NCBI RefSeq assembly: GCF_030028105.1
Contig: NC_092372.1
Span: forward strand, 173,172,058 to 173,236,057
DNA from: Mobula birostris
Taxonomy: Eukaryota
Reading direction: 5' to 3'
DNA length: 64,000 nucleotides
The notes beneath the pieces are model-generated. The model did no database searches. It worked only from the letters and a program-made list of their open reading frames with translations, and had not been told where the DNA came from. The position numbers and the translations under genes were made by a program. Position 1 is the first letter of the stretch, and every line of letters starts with the position of its first letter. This document shows positions 25,201 through 36,910 of this stretch, in pieces.

Positions 25201-26794
25201 GGCATTATGCAAGAAACTGCCAGTACAAGAAATACATGTGCAGCAAATGCCAACGCCGTGGTCACAAAACAAAAACAAGCTTTTGCCGTCCTTCACTGTC
25301 TTCTAGGCCAGTGAAACACAAGGACAAGAAGTTTCAAAAGCTATCAAGATCTACAAGGAGTTTAATGGCCATGTTCAAAGTTGACTTCACTCCCAGGAGA
25401 TGGTACGTTGGTCAAAATACAGATCATTATGGCATCAGACATCCCCATTATCTCCAAATGCACGTGCCAGGCACTTGAATCACCAGCAGTCAAATCAACT
25501 CATCAATTCACCTGCTGAACACCAAGTCAACGGTAAGTGTTACCTAGCAGACCAGCCAGATCTGAACGTCATCTGGAACATCCCTGATAAGGTCTGTATG
25601 AAGACATTTGCCTTTCAAATCATGTCAGTCAATGCCATAGCATCATCAGTATCTGAGACCACATAACAACAACGGCAACAGCACAATGCAGCAGTGTTTC
25701 TGAAAGGTTTGGTATGCTGCAAGCAGAACTCCATCTCCATCCAGACACAAAGCCAGTCTTCTATCCCAAAAGACCAGTACAATATGGAGCCTAACCAATT
25801 GTTAAGCAAGAGCTAGATCACTTGCAAACGCCGTGTGATTAAAGCCATCAAATTCTCATGTTGGGCAGCTCCAATAATCATCATCAAAAAAACAATGATA
25901 TAGTGAGACTGTTACAAAGTCCTCAGCTCTCTCAATGTGGCTCTGGAGACATACCTGTACCTATTACTGGTACTGGCAGGTCTCTTCACAAACTTGAACA
26001 GTGGTCGCTACTTTGCGAAGTTGGACATGGCTGAAACCTACCTTCAGGTAGAAGTGGTGAAAAATTCACAGGAGCTTCTCACCATTATGGTGCATAAGCG
26101 GTTGTTCTCCTTCCTCCATCTGCCTTTTGGGGTAAAGCCAGTTCCCTCAATTTTCCAACAGCAATTTTTGGCACTGAGTGGTATTGGCGGTGTTACCACT
26201 TACCTCGATGACATCATTGTGATGGGCATGGATCTGGCAGAACTATGCCAATGCCTGGACCACATTTTGTATAAACTACAAGGCTTTGGATTGTGACTTC
26301 AGACAAAAAACTGCAGTTTCCTGATCTCTTCAATCAAGTATCTGGGATTCATCATAGATGAGGATGGTCATCACCCAGATGCTGAAAAACATCAGTGCTA
26401 TCTTAAAGATAGATGTCAGAACTTTACGATAATTCTTGGGCATGATCAGTCATTATTCAGCATTTCGCCCAGCAATGCACCGCCTGAGGGGCCACTCAAA
26501 GCCCTGCTCAACAAGGCTACCATGTGGAAATGGTCAAGTGTTTTGATCAGGTGAAGAGTATGCAGTCATCCGACTTTCTCTTTACGGATTTCAACCCAGA
26601 CTTGCCATTTGGATGCATCCAACTACGAGTTGGGAGGTGTCACATCCACATCTTCTCTGCTGGTTCTCAAAGAGCTGTCATGCAGGCTGCCAGTTCCACA
26701 GCAGAACGGAACTATGGATTAATCAAGAAGGAAGCCTTGGGAATCATCTTTGCTGTGAAGAAATTCCACAAGATGCTTTATGGCAGACTCTTAA

Positions 26795-27295
26795 AGGCTG
26801 ATTTATACTTCTGCGTCAAATTGACTCTGTAGGTACGGCATAGCTGTGAACCCTACGCAGAGCCTACGGGGATTCCTATGCCGTAGCCTGACACGCACCT
26901 CTCCCAAAATGTAACTACGCGTCGTGGCAACGCAGACCGCAACAACTGTGATTGGTCTGCCTGGTAGCATCGCATTGCCTCCTACGCTGCAGTAGCTTCC
27001 TATTGGGCGACTGAAGGGCAGGGAAGGAACTCTGGCTACAATGCTTTCCATAAAGCTTTACTGACCTCCAAAATTATGGAGGACACATTTCGCTTTTATG
27101 AAAAAAGACGCTCACTTTAAACTTGTTTACCCCGAGAAAGACTACCATGACCATGAAGCCTTGCACGGGCAGTTGTGTGCGCATGCGCGACGTGCCCGAA
27201 TTGCAGAGCGATGCAGACACACCAACACACAAGTATAAATGCTCATGACGCGCGTAGGCACGGCGTCTATTTAACACGGAAGTATAAATCAGCCT
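26795..27295. mobile_element. PIF/Harbinger MITE inside the Gypsy RNase H
   Basis: 17-bp perfect TIR AGGCTGATTTATACTTC and TAA TSD (26792-26794, 27296-27298). Removing it restores the frame GRL-LTLLTDHKPL. Confidence 0.9.
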
Positions 27296-28786
27296 TAACT
27301 CTCCTTACTGATCACAAGCCACTGTTGTCGATCTTTGGAACTAAGGAAAGCATCCCAGTGTGTACAACGAACCATCTGCAAAGGTGGGCAATTACGTTAT
27401 TAGCTTATGATTTAGAAATCAAGTACACATCAACCCAGGAACTTGTTAAGACAGGTGCCCTCCCCAGACTTGTGAATCAACAGGTTACCGAAAATGAAGA
27501 GATAGTCCTGGCTGCAACTTCAATTGATTGCAAAGTCCAGAGGGCTGTATTGGATGCTGCTAAAGGTCTTTCTGTCACGGTTGACAAGATCAGAGCAGAA
27601 CCTGTTTCAGCTTATTGCCAGATACCTAGATGACAGATGGCCAGTCAAGGTCGAGGAAAATGTCATACCATTTTACAGACATCATACATTGCTCTAAACT
27701 GTGGACTCCTGCTCAATGCTTGAAGACAGAATAGTGATTCCAAAAGTACTGAAAGAATTCCACTGTGGTCAGTCGAATGAAAGCCCTGGCAAGAAGCTTT
27801 GTGTATTAGCCAGGCACATCTGTATGCAAGCAGTGGACTCAGTGGTCTATGGTAGCAAAAGATCCAAGTGGAGCCAATACACAACTCTGCCACCAGGCTA
27901 CCATATCTTGGAGTCGAGTACATATTGACTTTTGAGTACAAAAGTCAATGAGTACAACTCAATCAGCAGCTGTACCTACCTTGCCCTGGTTGATGCCTAT
28001 TGCGAATGGCCAGAAACATTATCCATGAAGTCAACAAGACAGAAGCTGCCATTCAACAGCTGCTGCAGATTTTTAGCCGCTTTGGGATTGCAGAAACACT
28101 TGTTTCTGACAACGGCCCTCAATTCAGTTCACAGCAGTTTGCTGCTTTCTGCCGGAACAGTGGAATTACCACATCCGAGTCACTCCCATATTATATACAG
28201 TCCAAAGGCCAAGCAGAGACGGTTGTCGATACATTCAAACAGTCACTTCTGAAATCAAGAGGGGAAGGAGCATCGGCCAAGGCTCTCAACATATTTTTGC
28301 TGATAGGTCAAATTATTCCACATCCAGGCCTGGGGGGGCGGGGTGGAAATGTCTCCAGCTGAAGCATTTTTTGAAGAAAACTACACATGTTGGATGCAAT
28401 GCTGCCACAGTGTCCAATATCTGAGACAGCAGATGGTCAGGTGCGCAAACACAGCCACACAGACCTTCGTCAACAGGTGAAGTCATTCAAGCCTAGAACT
28501 GCAGTGTGGGTCAAAAAGTATCCGCGAGAGGGATATACTCCTGGGTACCAGGTCAAATTGTCAAACAAATGGGGAAAGTGCTCTATGAAGTTATCTTAGA
28601 TGGACATTGCTGGTGTCATCACATCAACAAGTTTGTCGTGCAGATCATCAAACCCAGAGCTAAACCTTAATCTCTTCCTGGAAGGGATCAATTTACCCCT
28701 CCAAACCAACCACCAGTGCCAACATAGCCGCAAGCAACATCAGAACAAGGAAGTGACAGGCTGCAACCACTAAGAAGGACTAATCA

Positions 28787-28970
28787 ACACTCACAACACG
28801 CTGGAGAAACTCAGCGGGTCGGGCAGCATCCATGGAAACGAACAGTCAACATTTTGGGCTGGAACAATGACTGTTCATTTCCACGGATGCTGCCCGACCT
28901 GCTGAGTCCTCCAGTGTGTTGTGAGTGTTGCTTTGACCCCAGTACCTACAGATTATTTTGTGTTTAAGAC
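28787..28970. mobile_element. Palindromic PLE-end mini-element
   Basis: Inverted arms caacactcacaacacgctggag.. / ..ctccagtgtgttgtgagtgttg; TSD ggactaatca at 28777-28786 and 28971-28980. Confidence 0.8.
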
Positions 28971-29561
28971 GGACTAATCACCAGCAGAAATCAACCATCA
29001 GTTCAAATCTTACAGGTAATCTTCTTCAAGAGGGAGATATTACGGTGAGCCAATCAATGCCTACTGGTCAACTGACAACCAATCCTGGGATGACTTTCAG
29101 TAATTGATCATTGTTCCTATCAACATCTTGAACATTCTTGGTTTAACTATTTAAGTAGTCGTGCTTTGGGATGTACTATCAAGGTTTTGAGATTCTTGTA
29201 GTTGCATGGTCTTATTGAATAAAGGCGTGTATTGAGTTCCAGCTTTGTCCCATCTCCTGACCTTGAGTCTCATCAGTAGTAATAGGAGACTGAACACAAC
29301 AACATGCATAGATATTGGGCTGGATTGACCAAACCACTTACCAAGTAATTGTTGATATTAACCTTCTTGCCAGGCAGGAGGAGATTTGACTGGTAGAGTC
29401 ACACATATCTCAACTTTCCACTTGCTACACTGCTGAGAGAGCAGGAATCTTCTGGCCTTTCCTTATTGGCAGATGTCCACTGGTTCTGACCTAGATGTTA
29501 CGAATATTTTTTACGAATATCTGAATTGCACAGAATGTTGAAAAGCCCTGCTTTAAGACTG

Positions 29562-29713
29562 AACACACAGGAGACTGCAGATGCTGGAATCTGGAGCAAC
29601 AAACAATATGCTGAAGGAACTCAGTAGGTCAAGAGCATCTGTGGAAGGAAGGGAATTGTCAATGTTTTGTGTCAAAACCTTGCATCAGAACTGAGAGTAA
29701 AGAGAGGAGATGC
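29562..29713 (-). mobile_element. Old PLE terminal fragment
   Basis: ctgcagatgctggaatctggagcaacaaacaat.. with a decayed hammerhead; possible TSD ttaagactg at 29553-29561 and 29714-29722. Confidence 0.6.
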
Positions 29714-30267
29714 TTAAGACTGCTTGACTATAACTCCTATCATTTTATAATATTGCCTTGTAATATTCTATTTCCATTCTACTTCATACAATGCAGTGAT
29801 TTTACTATTGCTAATTGCTGGATCAATGCTAAAATGCTCCTGTGGCTTTGGGACAACTGCAGCGTACAGCTAGCCAAGATTACGAAGGCCTCTTGGTTAG
29901 TCCCAGCACATTAATCATCACTGAACAAACTGTGGCTGCAGCTTGAAATATGGCTTGTATTAATGAAATCATTTGGGAAAATTGCAGCTTAATTTTATTA
30001 TAACTTTGAGCACAAATCTGAAGTGTGCTCTTTTTGTTAACATTGAACAAATGTCCCTTGCCACAACCACACTGTATTCCAAAATATATTTTCAGACACT
30101 ATCAAATTGTTGGTCAAATTATCTGTGTTGCCAACATACGCAGTGAACATTTATATCCTCTGAGTTATTAATCACTTTGATATTTCAGGGGAAAGTTAAA
30201 AATCATACATGTTGCAGGCTGGAAATCCTTAGATAGCAAGAGGGAAGGACAGGAGTCAACCTCATGA

Positions 30268-30776
30268 ACACAAAATGGGTTCAGACTGTAAAAGACATGT
30301 TGAGGTGACTTTAACAGGTGTCATTCATTCATTAGCATAGCTAACGTTATTTAAACTAGCTGGCTAGCTGCTAAGGAGCTACAGTGCAGACATCCCACCT
30401 CTCCCGGAAGTTCCGGGAGTCTCCCGCAAATTGATGGTGCTACCCCGCTGAGATGAGTTTTTGCAGGGTGGGATGTCTGTGAACACTGAGCTGCAGTTGA
30501 TGAACAGCAGCCTAATGTATCCCCCTCTACTACCCTTTGTTTTCCTGCCTATCATCTCCCTGCTTCCCCTCTCCCATCCCTTTGTCTTTCAAATTACTGG
30601 TTTTTCAACTGAACCTACCAGCCTTCTCCTTCCAACCCTCCCCCACCTTCTTCATAGGGCCTCTGCCCCTTCTCTCTTCAGTCCTGACGAAGGGTTCCGG
30701 CCCGAAATGTCGACTCATCGTTTCCACGGATGCTGCCCGACCTGCTGAGTTCCTCCAGCGTGTTGTGAGTGTTGCA
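30268..30776 (+). mobile_element. PLE 3' fragment (hammerhead-bearing) with a nested DNA-element piece at 30272-30479
   Basis: Outer direct repeat tcaacctcatga (30256-30267, 30777-30788); inner direct repeat tgaacac (30265-30271, 30480-30486). Confidence 0.7.
30680..30715 (+). ncRNA. Minimal type I hammerhead ribozyme, second PLE subfamily
   Basis: AGUC CUGACGA A GGGUUCCGGCCC GAAA UG UC GACU. Core and stems I/II intact; stem III CG>TG change consistent with CpG decay. Confidence 0.75.
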
Positions 30777-31399
30777 TCAACCTCATGAGACTTCAGAGAG
30801 ATGAGACAAAATGCCCAACACAGAAATAAGAAGGTTATTTCTATATAAGTAGGTTATTTCGTCCTTTGGATCAGTGCTGCCATTCATCAAGAACTTACAT
30901 GGCTTTACATTTATCTCAGCACTATTCCCACATACCTTAATACCTAGAAATCCATCAACCATTTTAAATGAATTTGATTGACCAGCTCCCATCCTCTAGG
31001 GTAAAAAAAAATTCTAATGATTCTTTGTGTAAAGAAATTTCTTCTCTTCTCAGCGCTAATTGGCCCGTTACATATTCTGAGAGTGACCCCTGGTTCTAAA
31101 CTCATCAGCCAGAGAAATGTTCCTCCTGCATCCTGCTCACTGTGAGAATGAACTGAAACTAACTCCAGGTTTAATCTACTCAACCTCTCTTCATAGGAAA
31201 GCACTACCATTCCTGGAACCAGTACAATGGGACAAAGGTGCAGAATGAAAATGATCATGCTGCCCCAACACACAGATGAGGTCATTTACAGGAGATAACC
31301 ATTCCAGTGCTGACAATTCTGCAAGTACAACGAAGAGACCGTGCTCCTGAAATTATGATTAGGCTGTCAATAGCCTCAACAGAAGCTGGGATTTCTCCT

Positions 31400-32660
31400 G
31401 GCTTCAAACTCTGCTTTAGATGATCTGGACAACAGGCTGCTGTACATCAGCTACAGCTCAGTGTTCAGCACAATCACCCCATCCAAAATCATCACCAGGC
31501 CTCCGTACCTCGTCTAAGCAAATGGATACTCGACTTCCTCACTGCAGACCTCAGTCAATGAGAACAGGTAACATTATCTCCTCACAGCATCAACCCAGGT
31601 GCATCTCAAGGCTGAGACCTTAGCCTCTGCTGTCCCCTCTATACACACAAGACTGTGTGGAGACGAACAGGTCCAATACCACATGCAAAATCACCAGTGA
31701 GACCACTGTTGTTGGACGAGTCATAGGTAGAGAGGAGTCAGCATACAGGAGCAAGATAGGACACCCGTTTGAGTGGCCCTACAACAACCACCTCTCAAAT
31801 GTCAGTAAAATGAACGAGTTTATTGTTGACTCCAGGAAGGGGAAGTAGGGCAAATATGTGCCAGTCTGCATTGGTGGAAAGAGTCAGCAGCTTTAAATTT
31901 GTTAACACATCAAATGATTCGTCCTGGGCCCAGCACATTGATGCAATTACAAGGAAGGCCCATCAGCATCCTTACTTTCTGATAAATTTTGGCTGGTCAA
32001 CAAACATTTCGATAAACTTCTACAGATGTACTGTTAAAAGTATTCTGATTGCATCATGGTCTGGTACGCCAATTTGAATGTGCAGGAATGTAAGAAGCTG
32101 CAGAGAGTAGTGGACTCAGTACAATACATCACAGTCACCATCAGTAGTATCTGCAGGAGGCACTGCCTTCCAGTGTCTATAATTCTGCAAGTACAAACAG
32201 GAGTTTGTGCTCCTGAAATTTTGAACAGACGGTCAATAGCCTCAACAGAAGTTGGGCTCTCTCTACTCCCTGCTTTGGACCCTCTGGACAATAGGGACAG
32301 AAACATTAGGCTGCTGTACATCAGCTACAGCTCAGTGTTCAGCACAATCATCCCATCCAAAATCATCACCAGGCTTCAGGAACCAGGCCTCTGTACCTCG
32401 TCTAAGCAAATAGATACTCGACTTCCTCACTGGCAGAGTCAGTCAGCGAACCCATGCCACCTTTGTGCAGCTGCCATTGGGCAGGGGGCACAAAAGCCCG
32501 AAGTTCCACACCACCAGGTTTTAATTCTGTTCTTTCATGTACACAAACTTGTATAACCTATTATTAATTGGTGCTGTTCTTGTGAATGCTGCTGCAAGGA
32601 AGCTTTACACTGTACCTGAATGTGTTATTGTACATATGACAATATACTCAACTTTGACTA
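31400..32660 (+). mobile_element. Rex1/Babar LINE remnant with internal duplication
   Basis: IRLLYISYSSVFSTIIPSK, VERVSSFKFV..SWAQHIDAITRKAHQ and KKLQRVVDS. Confidence 0.75.
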
Positions 32661-33129
32661 TATTAGCACAGCCTATGAGCTGGAGCTTGGGCAGTACTTA
32701 TTGAGGTATTTCACACAAACAAAATTTATTTAAAGAAAAGATTCCACGAACTATAGAAACGGAACTCAGTGAAACACATATAAAATGCTGGAGGAACTCA
32801 GTCTGATTAAAACAATGAAGCAATGAAAGAACAGTGCCTGCTAACAACTCAGGTAGTCTGGCAATAATTTCCATTCTGTAAGGGAATGTTACATACGTAA
32901 ACTACCTGGGTGGATCATTTAGAATATGCTGTGACTGGAAACAAGCTTTATCACCCGACCCCTGAACTACTCCAATTCACCCAACTATCACATCTGCTCT
33001 TTGTATCTTGACAGGAAACCAGAAGACCACTGTGCTCCCCCTCCCACCCCCCACCCCCCACCCCCCCCCGGCCCCCATGTTGCAATGTAGAGTAAAGCAG
33101 CACCAGACATGTCAGTCCACTCTAGAACT

Positions 33130-35654
33130 TGGAATAACTAAGTAACATTGAGGAACCAGATTATCCATTTCTTCATGAAGTCTCCTCATATCCTCCTCAC
33201 ATTCCCAAATAGATTAGCTTCATCAGCAGACTTGGAAATATGGTTGTAACTTTTCTCAGCCAAATCATTGATATAGACTGTAACTAGCTGGAACAAAAGC
33301 ACTGATCCCTGCAGCACTTCGCCAGTCACAACTTGTCAAACTGCGAAGAATCCGATTAGTCTCACTCTTTGCTTTCTGTCCAACAGCCAATCCTCAATAG
33401 AGATGAATACTTTAATCCTCAATTCCATGTGCTCTAACCTGTTTGCTAATCTCCTATGTAAAACCGTATCTATTCTAATAGTCACATCTTCAAAGAACTC
33501 TAACAGAGTAGTCAAGCACAATCCCTTCATAAATCTATTTTGACTGAGCAATTCTATTATTCTTTTCAAGGTGGAAAACAATAATCCCATTACCAGTCTT
33601 ACCTTTCCCTTACCATACCACAGAATCTGCTCACTGCTGGGAACCTGGAGACTAGAATGTGATGGGAAATGTACAGCTTGATAGAGAAAAAGGAAGCAAA
33701 CCACAGATCCAGAGCACTGAGAATCGGGGAGGCCCTTCAGATATATACAAAGTGTAGGGGCTGCTTGTAAAACTAAAGAGGATAGAGCATCACTGGCATA
33801 AAGAAAGTCCCATGGCATTATATAAGAGCAAGGAAAAAGTGAGCCTCTTGGAGACCAAAGGGGCAATGCATGCATGGAACCACAGCATGCAGGTAAGGTC
33901 TCATAGCAATATTTCTCATCCATAGTCACTAACTAAACCAGACATCCCACCCTGCAAAAACTCATTTCAGGGAGGCAGCACCATCGACTTCCAGGAGAGG
34001 TGGGATGTCTGCAATAGAGTAGCTCCTTAGCAGCTAGCCAGCTAGTTTAAATAATGTTAGCTATACTAATGAACGAATGACACCTGTTAAACTCACCTCA
34101 ACATATCTTTTACAGTCTTAACCCACCATGGGCAATAGAAAAGTCACTGTTGCAAACAGTGCAGCGAGCAACACTGTCATTATTTTGACCCCTATTAGGC
34201 AGGGGTACACTTTAGTGTAGTCTGGGGTGACGTACGTTTTATTGGAACATACGTCTTTTTTTGGAACACTCTGCCATGGCGCGTTCTCGCTCGCGCTCTC
34301 TCTCTCTCGTGGTCGCTCTCGCGCTCTCTCTTGCTTTCTCTCGCTCGCTCGCTCTCAAAAAAATTGATTTCCATGATATTGTGTATAATTTGCGGGCATC
34401 AGGGAGCCACTATTATTATGCGGGAGACTCCCGGAACTTCCGGGAGAGGTGGGATGTCTGCTAATCAGATATTGTAGCTGGAGACATCAGCAAAGAATGC
34501 AATTACAGAGCATGTTAAGATTAAAATGGGAGATATCTGATGTCTTATTGGGCTGGATAAATCCAGGGCCTGATGTATTCCAGACTGCTATGGAAGGCAA
34601 GGGAGAAAATTGCTGGGCCCTGACAGAGATACTTAAATCATCACCAGCTGCAGGTGAAGTACCAAATGACCAGAAATGAGGGATGGCATTTATCTACACT
34701 TAGATTGATCAGATAGCATGACTTTGTTGGTGAAAGATTGAGGGTTTTTTTTTGAGGAAATAGAGTGTACTGTGGGCAGCACAGTTGACAGGATTTACTT
34801 CAAACTTAGTAAAAACTCTGACAAGGTCTCACATGGGAAGCTGATCCAAAAGGCCATTACAAGTGGTAAACTGGATCTAAAACTGGCTTGATAAGATGAG
34901 GCAGAGGATGATGGTGGAGGGTGTTTTTTGAATGACTGTAAGCCTATTGACAGAGGTGTCCCACAGGGATTTTTACTAGGACCATTGTTTATATAGAGAC
35001 AAGGACTCAGGAGTATAATCGGTAAGTTTGATGACTGCACAAAAATTGGCGGCGTTGTTGACAGCAACAAAAGTCATCTTTGGATATCTTGTTGATCACC
35101 TGGTAAATTGGATGGGGCAATGGGTTAATGAATCTGATCTTATTAAGTGTGAGTTGGAGCAGTTTGGAAGATCAGACAATGGTAGTACAAATATCATGAG
35201 CAGTAGGGCTTTACAGAATACTGAAGAACAAAGAGACTTTATATAAAGTGCCAAAGATCCTTGAAAATACATGTAGTTGTAGACAGGGTGGTGCAAGATA
35301 CTTGCCTTCATTACCAAAGTGGAGCATAAGAGAAGAGGAGACTTAGGTTAGGCCACAGCTGGAAAGTTGTGACCGGACAGCAGATAATACAGAGGAGTGT
35401 GCATACAACAGGATGTGGTTTGGAATGGAATGATTCAAGTATAAGGAGAGACTTGTTTTCTCTGGAGCAGAGGATGTTAGTAGGTGAAACCACTTAACTG
35501 AACCTTTCTCTATGGCAGAGGGTATAGGCTTTAAGAAGTAATAAAGAGGATCGGTGGAAGAATTCCACCCAGTGAATGATCATAATCTGGAGCACACCAT
35601 ATAAGGTGATGGAAGCAGTATTCTCACATTTACAAAGCATCTGAATGAGCACTT
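33130..35654. mobile_element. Two decayed CR1 fragments (about 33130-33600 minus, about 33600-35654 plus)
   Basis: CLTTLLEFFEDVT..WLLDRKQRV on minus; PGPD, GVPQG and FDD remnants on plus. Confidence 0.65.
33939..34460. mobile_element. Non-autonomous TIR DNA element (hAT-like, family uncertain)
   Basis: TIR CAGACATCCCACC at both ends plus a third internal copy at 33999-34011; subterminal ctcccggaagttccgggag palindrome; flanks ctaaac/ctaatc; a second copy at 30272-30479. Confidence 0.65.
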
Positions 35655-36234
35655 TGTTAAACCTTACTTCTAATTATTACTTGTTACCCGATTCAAGAAC
35701 ACACAGTACTATGGAGGATAAAGGAACAGTTTTTTTATTAGTAGCTCGCTACTAGAGAGAGAGCCCTCCTTATGCACACACAGGGGGCCCGTACCAAAGG
35801 TCTCTCTGCCAAAGCACACAGATACAGAGTTTTTAATACCCTTTTTGTCACGTATGCAGGAAACAATTTTTTAGCTACCCCCATAGTCACATGCCCAGCA
35901 ACAGTGGTATTTCAAGACAAAGACCCCTTCATCGCCCTAAATGGCAGTCAAACTTAGACAACCGGGACAATGTGCGTGATGAGGTAATTCCTCATTTTTC
36001 AACCGTTGTTCTGCATATTTGGAGACAAAGTATAACTAGATTACCACATCCTGACACCTGCAGGTAATACAAGGATTGCGAGTTCGTATCGAACCTTTGC
36101 CCAACTTAGACGTGTTACAATTTATAGAGCTCGCTTACTCAGAACAGAACAAACAAAAGTCTGCAGCAATCTTAACCCATTATTTACAAGAGTCTGAAAA
36201 TCATTTTCCAACCCTTTAACCCTTTAACATCTCA
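35655..36234 (-). mobile_element. Solo LTR (ERV or Gypsy), 580 bp
   Basis: TG..CA ends (minus TGAGATG..TTTAACA); 4-bp TSD actt (35651-35654, 36235-36238); minus-strand TATA-like TATTAAAAA (35830-35838) followed by AATAAA (35734-35739). Confidence 0.75.
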
Positions 36235-36259
36235 ACTTGATTTGACCAGTTATTTCCTG

Positions 36260-36836
36260 TGGAGCATCAAGAAAGCTCACCTCTGTCCCAGGATACTGAC
36301 GGACTTTTACCGCCGTACCATTAAGAGCTTACTCACCAACTGCATCTCAGTGTGATATGGCAATAGTCCCATATCGGACCACAAAGCACTCCACTGTGTG
36401 GTGAAAACTGCCCAGTGGATTATTGGCACCCAATTGCCCACCATTGAGAACATCTACCATAAACGCTGCCTGTGCAGGGCGAAAAGCATTTTCAAGGATG
36501 CATCTCACCCTAATCATAGACTTTTTACTCTCCTCCCATCCGGTAGGCGCTACAGGAGCCTCCGCTCCTGCACCAGCAGGCACAGGAAGAGCTTCTTCCC
36601 TGAGGTTGTGACCCTACTGAACCTCACATCACAGCACTAGGCAGTATTGCACCCATATTGTACTATCTCAGTACTTTTATATTTGTGTGCTGTAGCACTT
36701 ACTTTTTATTCACAGTTATTTTGTAAATAACACTATTTTTTGCATTTCTGGTCAGATGCTAACTGCATTTCATTGGCTTTGTATCTGTACTCGGCACAAT
36801 GACAATAAAGTTGAATCTAATCTAATCTAATCTAAT
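36260..36836 (+). mobile_element. Rex1/Babar LINE 3' end
   Basis: VVKTAQWIIG..DASHPNHRLFTLLPSGRRYRSLR..SFFPE; aataaa followed by an (aatct)n tail. Confidence 0.85.
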
Positions 36837-36910
36837 GTTACTAAAGATCTAATGCTGGTAAATGGATTACTATTGCTTGGCATATGCTGATAAGCATAGA
36901 TGTCAGCACA

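Larger units (their letters stand above)
24125..29301 (+). mobile_element. Ty3/Gypsy LTR retrotransposon (Mag-like), ancient provirus
   Basis: Similar LTRs at about 24125-24391 and 29038-29301, with PPT aagagggaga before the 3' LTR. Gag SITNFKFNDSSGVTFESWFKCY and twin Zn knuckles (about 25180-25285). RT LDMAETYLQ..LPFG..YLDD; RNase H ERNYGLIKKEALGIIFAVKKFH..TDHKPL; integrase LVSDNGPQFSS..GQAE. Confidence 0.9.
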
